Shown here one piece after another: positions 1 to 8,998 of a stretch of 64,000 nt of DNA (its first letter is position 1; each line of letters begins with the position of its first letter). Location of the stretch: the IMG/VR virus record IMGVR_UViG_3300023174_000033, positions 400,606 through 464,605 of that record; one strand, written 5' to 3'. The notes under the pieces were generated by a model. That model worked only from the letters and a program-made list of their open reading frames with translations, searched no databases and had not been told where the DNA came from. Position numbers and translations under genes: made by a program.

Positions 1-2223
1 ATAAGTACCATCAGTAGAAAGTACCAATTTGAAACTTGTGAAGTCAGAAGATGCGTAAGAACCAGCAGTTTTTACAGTTATACCAGTTAAAAGAGCATTA
101 CCATCAGCAACATCTAATTGAACACTATAAATAGGTTGTGATGTTCCTTGAGCAGCACTTGAAACAGGTGTTGTGAAAGTGTGAGTGATTGTAGGTGTTG
201 GTACATTTACAGGAGCAAATGATACACCTTTAAAAAGAACCTGTGTTGAAGCAGGTGATGTAATGATTGGAGAACCAGAAGCTGTAATGATATCAGAACC
301 TGAACTTGTAATATTAGCAGTTACTGCTGAATTATCAGTAAACTTATAGATTTCATTAGCAGGTGATGTGGTTGATCCAAGACAGATATAGAGAACTCTA
401 TTTCCACCTACAACTTGAACACCAATACCGTGCACAGTTCTACCAGTTGGATTTGGAAGATTTCCTCTTTTTGTCCAAACACCACCAGTATTTGAGAACT
501 TAACAACACCTTGAGTTGCTGTTGCATTAGCATCAGCTACATACATAACATCAGGTGTTCCATTATCATCAACATCAGCGAAAACAAAACCTCTTGGGTC
601 AAGTAGTTCTGTATTTGATGTAGTTCCACTCAAAATTGTGTGTGTATTTCCTGTGGTTGTTGGAAGACCAGCACCAACTGTTGAAATACCAATGTTCACA
701 GATTGAGCACTTGAATAAAGTTGTGAGTTGTAAATAGCAGTTCCCCTAGTATTCACAGTAGTTGTTGAAACTTGGGTAGAAGTAGAAGCACCAAGTGCAA
801 CATATCTTGTACCACCACCAGTTCCAGCACCTCCTGTCCAGAATGCACTACCATCAACAGTAGCAGCTGAACGAATTGAGTTACCATCATAACCATCACT
901 AATACGAGTTGAAGTATTGATTGTACCATTTTGAGTAACCCTAGCAACAATCCTATTTGTTCCAGTAGCAGTACTTGAACTAATACCAATAACACCTGGG
1001 ATGTTATCATACCCACCAAAAGTAAGATATTGACCATCAGGTGAAAGGTTAAGGAAACCTTCGGTTGTAGAAGTACCACTCATAGTGAACTTCCTATTTG
1101 AACCACTTGTTACAAATGGCATTGGTACACTTTGTACTAAAGTACCTGTGGTGGTGTATTCATCAATGAACACAGGTGCTGAATTTGTTGATAAAGTTGT
1201 ACCACCAACTTCACCAACACGAAGAGTTAGGATATTACCAGCAGTGAAAGCAGAACCACCAGAATAAATCTGACCAGTTACAGCCCTTGAAATAGTTGGT
1301 GCTGGTGAAGATACAAAATCAACATTTCCAGTATATGTACCAACGGATGCTGATGTAGTAAGTTTAGCAAAAACTGTGGTTGCTGATACATTACCACCAG
1401 ATTGGTTTAGTGTTAAACTAGATGAAAAAGGACCAGTTGATGAAGTTGAGAATTCATATCCAGAAAGTGTACCCACGGTGATGTTGTTGGTTAGGTTATT
1501 ACCACTTACTGATACCGATTGAACTTCTGAACCAAGACCAGAATTTCCATAAAACTTAGCAAATGTTCCAGTAACAGTGACTGTAGGCACAGGTAAAAAA
1601 CCAGTTAGAGTAATATCATCAAGTCTAGTTGATGCAGTACCAGCTTTTAACCACCTAAGTTTTAGTCCATTGATTTGACCAGCAACTGGGATGGAGATTG
1701 CAGGTGATTGATACCAAGCAACAGCCGCAGTAGCTGTTTGAGAAAAGGTAAATGGAATATTTACCCAAGCAGTACCATTCCAATAATCTACTGTTAGTGT
1801 AGGTAATACTGTTGCACTTTCTTTTCTATATCCAAATTGGAGTGATAGAGAAGTGTAGGCAGATGCGTTTATACCCTCAATTGCAAAACCATACTGACCA
1901 CTAGTGGAAGTTAAGAATACATTACCACCAGCCGAAGCACCAGTGTAACCGGTTGAAGTACTGGTGTTTCTGATATCACCAGGAGTTGTTGCTCCACCAC
2001 TTGTCATAGTAAGAGCAGTGTTTGTGAAACCGTTAGCTGTTTCATGAGCAGCAATTGTAGTAGTTGCAGAAGGTGTACCCATGGTTTCTTGAGTAATAAC
2101 GGGGGATTGCCCAAACACAGTAGGGGCACAAAAAAGTCCTGAGATCAGGACAGCGCAGAAAAGGGACAATACGTTACTAAATCCTGTTCGGAAATTAGTA
2201 CAAAAATTGTAAAGGTGTGACAT
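1..2223 (-). CDS. Large secreted Ser/Thr/Gly-rich surface or adhesin-like protein, partial (3' end off the window edge)
   Basis: ATG at 2223 and an open frame down to position 1 (...KLVLSTDGTY). Signal-peptide-like N-terminus ending TVFG|QSP. Not in the ORF track because there is no stop in the window. Confidence 0.85.
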   Translation of the reverse strand, partial: MSHLYNFCTNFRTGFSNVLSLFCAVLISGLFCAPTVFGQSPVITQETMGTPSATTTIAAHETANGFTNTALTMTSGGATTPGDIRNTSTSTGYTGASAGGNVFLTSTSGQYGFAIEGINASAYTSLSLQFGYRKESATVLPTLTVDYWNGTAWVNIPFTFSQTATAAVAWYQSPAISIPVAGQINGLKLRWLKAGTASTRLDDITLTGFLPVPTVTVTGTFAKFYGNSGLGSEVQSVSVSGNNLTNNITVGTLSGYEFSTSSTGPFSSSLTLNQSGGNVSATTVFAKLTTSASVGTYTGNVDFVSSPAPTISRAVTGQIYSGGSAFTAGNILTLRVGEVGGTTLSTNSAPVFIDEYTTTGTLVQSVPMPFVTSGSNRKFTMSGTSTTEGFLNLSPDGQYLTFGGYDNIPGVIGISSSTATGTNRIVARVTQNGTINTSTRISDGYDGNSIRSAATVDGSAFWTGGAGTGGGTRYVALGASTSTQVSTTTVNTRGTAIYNSQLYSSAQSVNIGISTVGAGLPTTTGNTHTILSGTTSNTELLDPRGFVFADVDDNGTPDVMYVADANATATQGVVKFSNTGGVWTKRGNLPNPTGRTVHGIGVQVVGGNRVLYICLGSTTSPANEIYKFTDNSAVTANITSSGSDIITASGSPIITSPASTQVLFKGVSFAPVNVPTPTITHTFTTPVSSAAQGTSQPIYSVQLDVADGNALLTGITVKTAGSYASSDFTSFKLVLSTDGTY

Positions 2224-2435
2224 AAAGTTTTTTTTGTTTTTGTAAAGTTATTTTTTTTTAAGTTTTGTGATTAATTCGGCAGAACCAAAACTACTAACAT
2301 TTTGCCGAATGAATCTTTACTTTTAACACAAATTAGCACCACCAAAATTTGCGACATGGCTTAGACTCAAAACCAAAATATATATCGCCCAAAAAAGGTT
2401 TAGTTTAGAAAACCTGGATTTATTATCCATACGAA

Positions 2436-2714
2436 TTAAAGGCCTAATAATTTAGACTTTAGAACAGCTTGAAAAACATTTTTCACTTCGTACTTTTCTA
2501 CCGAATCCTTCCGATATTCTTTTTCAGAATTATTGAACTCATTAATCTCACCTATGTAAGCAACTACCATTTCTGAATTGTTATTTTCTACTTGGTTGTG
2601 ATAAGTGTTGTAACTCGACCAAGTTTTAATTCTTGAAATAGTATAACCCTCCTTAATAAGGAAATTTATCATTTCATCGTCTGTAAAATATAAATTAATC
2701 ATACTCATAATCAT
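2436..2714 (-). CDS. Hypothetical protein
   Basis: Track ORF 2436..2792. The start is moved to ATG 2714, which overlaps the upstream stop (ATGA). Confidence 0.65.
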   Translation of the reverse strand: MIMSMINLYFTDDEMINFLIKEGYTISRIKTWSSYNTYHNQVENNNSEMVVAYIGEINEFNNSEKEYRKDSVEKYEVKNVFQAVLKSKLLGL

Positions 2715-2848
2715 AGAAATAAAGATAATATAATGCCCAAAGAAGTTAAAAATACAATAGATATGGCCATTATTCCAATTAGCAATGAACATCCTGTAAC
2801 CGAAATCATTAATAAGTCACCAAGTAAATTTTTCCTCCCATCATTCAT
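2711..2848 (-). CDS. Small membrane protein (45 aa)
   Basis: MNDGRKNLLGDLLMISVTGCSLLIGIMAISIVFLTSLGIIISLFL. ATG lies 4 nt after a TATATTTG promoter element. Confidence 0.6.
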   Translation of the reverse strand: MNDGRKNLLGDLLMISVTGCSLLIGIMAISIVFLTSLGIILSLFL

Positions 2849-2852
2849 AATG

Positions 2853-2860
2853 CAAATATA
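2853..2860 (-). promoter_or_regulatory. Bacteroidetes -7 promoter element (TATATTTG)
   Basis: Matches TAnnTTTG, 4 nt upstream of ATG 2848. Confidence 0.65.
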
Positions 2861-2894
2861 GTTAAAGTTTTTACTCTAAAAAATAAAATAAAAT

Positions 2895-2927
2895 AAAAAA
2901 ACCCAACCGAGCTAAAGTTGGGTTTTT
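2895..2927 (-). terminator. Intrinsic terminator
   Basis: AAAAACCCAAC-N9-GTTGGGTTTTT inverted repeat with A/T tails. Confidence 0.8.
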
Positions 2928-2929
2928 AA

Positions 2930-3236
2930 TTAAAAGTTGAGAGAGATTTAATTAAGATTGCGGTCTCAACACCATCAATCTCTAACTCCGACTTTCCCAA
3001 ATCCGCAAATTTGGTTTGTCTACACCTGGATTTGTGTGTGATGCTTTAGGTGTTTCAGCATCAGACCCTACGGGTGATAGGTTTGGTGACCCACAACATC
3101 TACTAAATGTTGCTCCTTGTTTCATCCATATTAGTAGTTATGGACTTATCTGGACTTGTGTGATCTATATTTGGTTCCTAACATAAATCAAGTTAGATCC
3201 TTTCGGTTAGTCGGCTCTCGCAGCTCCCGTTGGACA
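2930..3236 (-). ncRNA. Candidate large structured non-coding RNA (~300 nt), family not recognised
   Basis: GC-enriched intergenic block between a full promoter and a terminator. At least 7 hairpins, a long-range CCGACT/AGTCGG helix, complementary loops CTACTAA/TTAGTAG and an ACACCT/AGGTGT pseudoknot. Confidence 0.7.
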
Positions 3237-3239
3237 ATA

Positions 3240-3270
3240 CAAAGGTAAGGCGATTTTTTAGGATTCCAAA
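3240..3270 (-). promoter_or_regulatory. Complete Bacteroidetes promoter (-33 TTTG, -7 TACCTTTG)
   Basis: TTTG at 3270-3267, 19-nt spacer, TACCTTTG at 3247-3240. No good ORF follows it. Confidence 0.75.
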
Positions 3271-3575
3271 ATATTTTTCAATTTTTTTTCTCTTAAATAA
3301 TAAATTAATTTTTCCTCAGCCCATAAGAATATCTTAAGTCTTGGAATTAAGTATTCATCACTCCATCTTGTATGTTTTATATAACCTCTCAACTCCTCAA
3401 TAGTTCTTTGAACCGAATCTAAATCATGGAAAAAATTTCCAGAAGAACCATAATACAAAAAAACTACCTTAGTATCATTTTCTAGTATCTTATGTCCATA
3501 AACCTCTGGTTCATATTCATCTATTATGAAATAATCATTCTTACAAAGGTCAGTAAATATTTTAAGCTGAGACAT
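3258..3575 (-). CDS. Hypothetical protein with C-terminal R-x-x-K-L-x-x-I-L tag
   Basis: Ends LREKKLKNILES. Confidence 0.75.
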   Translation of the reverse strand: MSQLKIFTDLCKNDYFIIDEYEPEVYGHKILENDTKVVFLYYGSSGNFFHDLDSVQRTIEELRGYIKHTRWSDEYLIPRLKIFLWAEEKLIYYLREKKLKNILES

Positions 3576-3591
3576 AGTAATATATACTTAT

Positions 3592-4116
3592 GTGAAATTC
3601 ATTAAAAGTTATAAAATTTTTGAGGCAGATGGTACTTTTATGTATGACCCATCAATTGAAAGTATATTACCAGAATATATTAAGATAATTAAGGGGAATC
3701 CAAAAAACCCACTTAGATTAGCTTATAAAAAAGGTATATCAAGACACCTAGGACCAGAAGTTCAAATACCATATGAAACGATGGATAAGAATGGTGGTAG
3801 GGAAAATCCAGACACTTTAGAATTTGACATATATTGGAACTACGATACAAATACTAGTAGTTTAAATATAAATGTCGAAGTAAATTATGGTGATTTAACT
3901 GCTTGTCAATTCTCCATAGAAGCTCCTAATAAAGTTGATGTGATAGTATATACCTCATTACACTCAAAAGATGACCCATCAAATACCGTGTTTGCAATAG
4001 ACGATGAAAGTTTGCAATCATTCTGTAATTACATCAACAAATGGGATCATGGTATCCATATAAATCGCGAAGATTTGAAGTTTATGGACAAGTACGATAA
4101 TTACTTACCTACTTGA
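3592..4116 (+). CDS. Hypothetical protein with MKxIKxF(E)-type N-terminal tag
   Basis: Starts MKFIKSYKIFEA (GTG). AATATATA at 3579-3586. Confidence 0.8.
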   Translation: MKFIKSYKIFEADGTFMYDPSIESILPEYIKIIKGNPKNPLRLAYKKGISRHLGPEVQIPYETMDKNGGRENPDTLEFDIYWNYDTNTSSLNINVEVNYGDLTACQFSIEAPNKVDVIVYTSLHSKDDPSNTVFAIDDESLQSFCNYINKWDHGIHINREDLKFMDKYDNYLPT

Positions 4117-5351
4117 TTTCTATCCCAAGTTTCAATTCCAAGAATGTGATACACTTTATCACTTGGATCCTCTACTAAATCCTTCCTAATGGCCAATTCC
4201 ATAAGTAACAATTCCATTTCGTCGTTCAAATCATGGGATTCCAAATCATAGTTCTCAAGTATCTTTATACCTATAAGTGGGTCTTTTTGAAACTTTGATA
4301 TAATCATATCAAATATTTCAATTTGTTTTGACAGAGACTTACCCCGCAAGTTCCTTGAGGAATTAGGTGCATGGTTTACCAACTTTGACAGTTTCTCTAT
4401 ATTAACGTTTTTTGGGTTTACGTCAAAATATCCATTGAAAGTTAAAGAAGAATCAATTATAGGGTGTAATTTGTACCAAGCTTTTTCATAGTCTTTCTTA
4501 TGAAGAATATTTCTCATATAATAAAGATAATCCTTTGAAAGATGAAGTCCACTTATATCATCTTTCTTGTATTTATCACTATCCACTTTTGATTCTAAAG
4601 ACCAGATATGATCACTTGACCCATAATTTGAGAGTAAGTAAACTTCCAAATCTTTTTCTCTAACCAATTTGAACCTTGATTTTAGGTCAGATTGATATTT
4701 TTTGAACATTTTAGCATATCTGTCTTTGAATCTATACTTATGACTATCGATAAAACACCTACTTCCAATAATAGTAGCAATCAAATCCAATTCTATCTCT
4801 GGTAAAGTAGCTTCCAAATCATACTTTTTCTTTACTAATCTGATAGCAGAGTGTGGTGGTGAACTTAAATTACAAAGACGCAACTCACCAGTTTTCAAAA
4901 ATTCCTCAAAATCTTTTGTCCAAATAAATTGATCAGTTTCAATATCGTATCCAAGTTGACAAGAGTTTATATCAAATGAATCTAGTACTAGAGATTTATC
5001 ATCCGTGGTGGAAAAATATTCAATATTGTTATAAATACCATCTACAGACACTTTCTCAATAGTGTAGTAACCCTTTTGTTGATATCCTATATTAAGACCG
5101 GTGTAATCTTCATAAACCCATTTTTCATTTCTAATAAAATGTTGCTTTGATTTTAACTCTCTATTTGTAAAATCCTTTTTGACACCAATCAGATGATAGA
5201 TATCTAAATCATTCACTGGTGCATTCTTACCAGATATTATATTCCATACCACATTTCCGATTGATCCTCCTGCTAGAAAACCAGATTTTGGAAGTTCCCA
5301 TTTTGATTTGATTTGGTCAAGTGCTTGACGAAAGATTTCTTGATATTTCAT
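4101..5351 (-). CDS. Divergent nucleotidyltransferase (poly(A) polymerase/CCA-enzyme head-like)
   Basis: AGGSI...NDLDIY and SFDINSCQLGYD resemble class II NTase head motifs. The RRD motif is not seen. Confidence 0.55.
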   Translation of the reverse strand: MKYQEIFRQALDQIKSKWELPKSGFLAGGSIGNVVWNIISGKNAPVNDLDIYHLIGVKKDFTNRELKSKQHFIRNEKWVYEDYTGLNIGYQQKGYYTIEKVSVDGIYNNIEYFSTTDDKSLVLDSFDINSCQLGYDIETDQFIWTKDFEEFLKTGELRLCNLSSPPHSAIRLVKKKYDLEATLPEIELDLIATIIGSRCFIDSHKYRFKDRYAKMFKKYQSDLKSRFKLVREKDLEVYLLSNYGSSDHIWSLESKVDSDKYKKDDISGLHLSKDYLYYMRNILHKKDYEKAWYKLHPIIDSSLTFNGYFDVNPKNVNIEKLSKLVNHAPNSSRNLRGKSLSKQIEIFDMIISKFQKDPLIGIKILENYDLESHDLNDEMELLLMELAIRKDLVEDPSDKVYHILGIETWDRNQVGK

Positions 5352-5366
5352 AATAATTTATTAGCA

Positions 5367-5374
5367 CAAAAATA
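5367..5374 (-). promoter_or_regulatory. Bacteroidetes -7 element (TATTTTTG)
   Basis: 15 nt upstream of ATG 5351. Confidence 0.5.
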
Positions 5375-5431
5375 TTAAATTTTTTTCAAAAAACAAAGAT
5401 TTTATATTTTAAATCTTATATATAATTGTAT

Positions 5432-5584
5432 ATGAAAAAGGAAAAAAAGTGGAGTAAGAATTGGAAATATTTAGGCATAGGTTTGTTATTTTTAGCTATA
5501 CCTGGTTCAACTTTTTTACTACCAGCGTTGTTGGCAAAAAAAATTCATGATAATAAGGATACAAACGATATTTTGGGCATATAA
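5432..5584 (+). CDS. Small single-TM protein (50 aa)
   Basis: MKKEKKWSKNWKYLGIGLLFLAIPGSTFLLPALLAKK..., below the track length cut-off. Confidence 0.55.
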   Translation: MKKEKKWSKNWKYLGIGLLFLAIPGSTFLLPALLAKKIHDNKDTNDILGI

Positions 5585-5606
5585 TGTTTAACTAATTATA
5601 CATTAC

Positions 5607-6704
5607 ATGGACAAAACATTTCTATTAACATTTATCATAGGTGGTTCTTTGGTTTATTTCAAACAATTTTTTTTGTTTTTATTTGAAAACATAAAAAATT
5701 TATTTATAACGAGCTTAAAAATTGAAGAATCTTCCTATTTTTTCTACTCATTCCAAAATTTTATACTTAATGAGTATAATAATAAGGTAAACAATTTCTA
5801 CTACAGGAACTTCTTTGATGATTGGATCGGTAAAGAATCAAACTTGAACTTATTTTACTCCTCGGGTTTTATCATAGTAAAATTTGAAGGTACAAAATTC
5901 CTAATTCTGAAAGCACAGAATAACATACAGAATTCTTTCAACCCATTCAAAGACACTAAACAATCTTTTCAAATTTATTGTTTCAATAAGAACAAATTGA
6001 ATAAATTAATTGAATATGTAGATAAATCATATGGCAGTAATTATATCAAATCTTATTATAACTTTAATGGTGAAGTAAAATGTTCAGGTAGAGTCATAAA
6101 TAAAACCTTTGAAAATATCTATCTTGATAATGGTATCGTTGAAGATTTGAAAAAAGATTTAGATCTTTTCGCATCATCAAAATCCATATACGATGAATAT
6201 GGAATTAGATATAAAAGAACTTATCTTTTCTATGGACCTCCTGGAACTGGTAAGTCATCTTTATCTCTGGGAATCTCCAATTATACAAAAAGGGATATAC
6301 TTTCAATCAATATGTCCAAAGATATCACAGATGCTAATTTGATAAGTTTAATTGCTAATAGACCTACAAAATCCATAGTATTATTTGAAGATATTGATTG
6401 CTTATTGGATGATATTAATAGAAATGAAGAGACAAAAGATAAAGAAGTGAAAATTTCACTTTCATGTATACTGAACATACTTGATGGAATATATACTCCT
6501 AACGATGTTATTTTCATAATAACAACGAATAATTTGGATAAAATTGACGATGCTATTAAAAGAAAAGGTAGAACCGATGTTTTATTGGAAGTCAAGAAAC
6601 CAAATAAATACTTTATGGATGAATTGAAAGATAGGTTCAATATAAAAACCGAAAAGGATATTGATAATATTTCTCAACTTTATGAGGAAATAATAAATAA
6701 TTAG
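5607..6704 (+). CDS. BCS1-like AAA+ ATPase with N-terminal TM segment
   Basis: Walker A GPPGTGKS, Walker B IVLFEDID, TTNN sensor, R-x-G-R finger, and the GIRYKRTYLFYGPPG context typical of BCS1. Confidence 0.85.
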   Translation: MDKTFLLTFIIGGSLVYFKQFFLFLFENIKNLFITSLKIEESSYFFYSFQNFILNEYNNKVNNFYYRNFFDDWIGKESNLNLFYSSGFIIVKFEGTKFLILKAQNNIQNSFNPFKDTKQSFQIYCFNKNKLNKLIEYVDKSYGSNYIKSYYNFNGEVKCSGRVINKTFENIYLDNGIVEDLKKDLDLFASSKSIYDEYGIRYKRTYLFYGPPGTGKSSLSLGISNYTKRDILSINMSKDITDANLISLIANRPTKSIVLFEDIDCLLDDINRNEETKDKEVKISLSCILNILDGIYTPNDVIFIITTNNLDKIDDAIKRKGRTDVLLEVKKPNKYFMDELKDRFNIKTEKDIDNISQLYEEIINN

Positions 6705-6708
6705 TGTT

Positions 6709-7215
6709 ATGAAAACTACAAAAGAATGGTTTGAAACCCTAGACAAACAATACAGAGACAAAGCTCTGAAAAACATGACTAGCCCGAATACTAAACATTT
6801 TAGTTTACTAGGAGCAATTTCCAATGGATTTGATTGGAAAAATTCAATCGAAGGCCTTAACTATTGGAAAAAGGTTTTTAGAGAAATCAAAACTGGTGTA
6901 AAACAAGAAGATGATTTTCTTGAAGATGAAATTCAGTCAATTTTACAACCGGTAGAAACAAAGGTAAATTTGATTCAAGAATATAAATCTCAAGTTTCTC
7001 AACAAATTCAATTAGAAGAGAAAATTCAAAAAGTGGAAAAAGTGGAAAAACCACTTGAAAAAGAAGTTGTAAGTGAGGAAAAAGAAACTCCACCAACTAC
7101 ACCGGAAAATTATGTGCCAAGAATTGATAAACATCCCTTGATGGACGCCTACAAAAAACAACAAGAAGTTGGAATTCAAATTGAAAACGCCGAGATCTTA
7201 ACAGAAAAAAATTAA
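6709..7215 (+). CDS. Hypothetical protein (KEWFExL domain plus charged tail)
   Basis: N-terminal ~60 aa is paralogous to 7226..7450. Confidence 0.8.
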   Translation: MKTTKEWFETLDKQYRDKALKNMTSPNTKHFSLLGAISNGFDWKNSIEGLNYWKKVFREIKTGVKQEDDFLEDEIQSILQPVETKVNLIQEYKSQVSQQIQLEEKIQKVEKVEKPLEKEVVSEEKETPPTTPENYVPRIDKHPLMDAYKKQQEVGIQIENAEILTEKN

Positions 7216-7225
7216 GTTTGTTTAT

Positions 7226-7450
7226 ATGAAGAAAATTAGAGAATGGTTTGAATTACTACCAGAAGAGCATAAAGATAAAGCTCTAAAAAGTATGGTAAAT
7301 GGAGAAAGCGAACAAGAATCTATGGTATCCGCACTATCAAATGGACTAATTTGGCAACATACCCCAGAGGGTAAAGAATATTGGTCCAAAGTATTTGATA
7401 AGTATTTACAAAAACTTATCATAAAAGATATAAAGGCAGAAAAAGTTTGA
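7226..7450 (+). CDS. Hypothetical protein (KEWFExL domain)
   Basis: REWFELL...KALKSM...SNGLIW...EGKEYWSKVF aligns with 6709..7215. Confidence 0.8.
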   Translation: MKKIREWFELLPEEHKDKALKSMVNGESEQESMVSALSNGLIWQHTPEGKEYWSKVFDKYLQKLIIKDIKAEKV

Positions 7451-7477
7451 TTTTATCAAACTTTTTTTTTACCTTTG
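7446..7477 (+). promoter_or_regulatory. Complete Bacteroidetes promoter
   Basis: TTTG at 7446-7449, 20-nt spacer, TACCTTTG at 7470-7477. ATG follows 4 nt later. Confidence 0.75.
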
Positions 7478-7481
7478 TATT

Positions 7482-7979
7482 ATGTTCACACAAGATATCA
7501 CAACCGAAAAATCCAAAGTTATACTTTTGGTTGGCCCGCCTTTGAGTGGTAAGGATACTTTCTTGAAATCACAAGATATAACTGACTTTACAGTAATTAG
7601 TAGAGACGATATTCTTATGTCTTTACATGATAATTCCTCTTATTCAGAAGCTTTTGATAAAGTAGATCAAAAAGAAGTAGATAGATTATTGAATAAAAAA
7701 ATTCAAGATTCAATATCCAAGAAAGAGAATGTTATAATCAATATGACAAATCTTTCACCGAAATCAAGAAATAAGCATCTTTGCAAATTCGCAAACACTG
7801 ATTATTACAAAATTGCCATAGTCTTTCCAAAATTAGATTTGACCGATTATATAAATAGAAATGAGGGTAGGTCAATAAGTGAAAATAAGTTTATTCCTCT
7901 GCCTGTTATCAAAAATATGCTTGATAATTGGACTGATATTACAGATAGTGAAGGATTTGACACAATAATAAAACTTTAA
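7482..7979 (+). CDS. P-loop kinase, AAA_33/polynucleotide-kinase-like
   Basis: ILLVGPPLSGKDT, ISRDDI, NMTNLS...R and terminal EGFD, as in PNK kinase domains. Confidence 0.8.
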   Translation: MFTQDITTEKSKVILLVGPPLSGKDTFLKSQDITDFTVISRDDILMSLHDNSSYSEAFDKVDQKEVDRLLNKKIQDSISKKENVIINMTNLSPKSRNKHLCKFANTDYYKIAIVFPKLDLTDYINRNEGRSISENKFIPLPVIKNMLDNWTDITDSEGFDTIIKL

Positions 7980-7984
7980 AATAT

Positions 7985-8470
7985 ATGCCAAACTGGGTTA
8001 AAAACAAATTATTTATTCACGGACCATCTGATAAGGTTAAAAAATGCACACTTGATATCGCAAGTGATAGTGAGCACATTTCCTTTGAGAAAATCCTACC
8101 AAGACCAAAGGATATTGGTGATGGTTGGTACGATTGGAGTGTAGAAAATTGGGGTACTAAATGGGACGCCGCAGATACCTATGAAGATGATGAAGGATAC
8201 ATCTGTTTTGATACTGCTTGGTCCACTCCACATGAATTAATGGGTACACTTTCAGAGAGATATTCAGATTTACTTTTTGAGGTTAAGTTTGCGGACGAAG
8301 ATTTAGGTAATAATTGTGGAATGTATCAATTTAAAGATGGTGATGAAATTGAATTTATGTCCTATGGAATCGAGGAGGCTTGTGATATTTGGGGATATGA
8401 TATTGAGGAAATTTTCCCCGATATCAAACGAGACAGGCAAATCGACAGAATTATAGGTGATGACGAATGA
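7985..8470 (+). CDS. DUF1281/YubB-like ferredoxin-fold phage protein with C-terminal tag
   Basis: MPNW..N, WYDW..ENWGTKWD, FDTAWS.P, ADED.G.NCG. Ends KRDRQIDRII. Confidence 0.75.
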   Translation: MPNWVKNKLFIHGPSDKVKKCTLDIASDSEHISFEKILPRPKDIGDGWYDWSVENWGTKWDAADTYEDDEGYICFDTAWSTPHELMGTLSERYSDLLFEVKFADEDLGNNCGMYQFKDGDEIEFMSYGIEEACDIWGYDIEEIFPDIKRDRQIDRIIGDDE

Positions 8471-8976
8471 AGATTTTTGTCCTAACCCTTTTGTTTCTAT
8501 TATTCAGTACTTTTGGGTTTGGGCAAAGAGTAGGTACAGAAGTGCCAATTTTTGGAGTTGATAAGTTCAACAGTTTATCAAATGATGGAATTTTAACTTT
8601 TGAGATAGATTGTAGAATGGCGGATTGTATATCTTATGTACAAATAATCGATATTGAAAAAATAAAAAAAAAGAAAAGCATTTGGGATAAAATTTACGAT
8701 TGGTGGTGGTTTAAGATTGTCAAAAGATTTGATTTCCAAACTGCTAAAAAATTCAATAAAGAAATCACCCAAGATGAATATTTTCTAAAAGATTTAGATG
8801 ATGGTAAAGAACACATTTATATGAAATGTGAACTTATTACCTTAAAATCTTTATTTGGAAGAAAATCCTTGAAAAAAGGAATAAGAATAAACGTAATTTC
8901 CATGTCGGGAAAGAAAATATACACAAGGGACTTTACACTGGACAAGTCAAAATTGATAGAATCTTTAGAACAATAG
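8467..8976 (+). CDS. Putative secreted protein
   Basis: Signal peptide ending TFGFG|QR. Confidence 0.75.
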   Translation: MKIFVLTLLFLLFSTFGFGQRVGTEVPIFGVDKFNSLSNDGILTFEIDCRMADCISYVQIIDIEKIKKKKSIWDKIYDWWWFKIVKRFDFQTAKKFNKEITQDEYFLKDLDDGKEHIYMKCELITLKSLFGRKSLKKGIRINVISMSGKKIYTRDFTLDKSKLIESLEQ

Positions 8977-8998
8977 TCAAATAAATCATAGAACTACC

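Noticed and set aside
753-1267. Track ORFs 753..1079 (-) and 1085..1267 (+)
   Set aside because: They are shadow frames of the long open ORF 1..2223. The Val/Leu-rich composition is typical of a shifted frame.
2982-3125. 47-aa minus-strand ORF (MKQGATFSRCC...) inside the ncRNA candidate
   Set aside because: It starts ~110 nt after the promoter within paired helices and its composition is unlike the other genes. Not fully excluded.
2930-3236. Identification of the structured RNA as tmRNA, RNase P RNA, 6S or a group I intron
   Set aside because: There are no tRNA-like ends, no GAGGAAAGUCC/P4 signature and no interrupted host gene. GGGAAAGUCGG is only superficially similar to P4.
6281-7422. 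Minus-strand track ORFs 6281, 6582, 6887 and 7222
   Set aside because: They are antisense to well-supported genes (AAA ATPase and the duplicated-domain pair).
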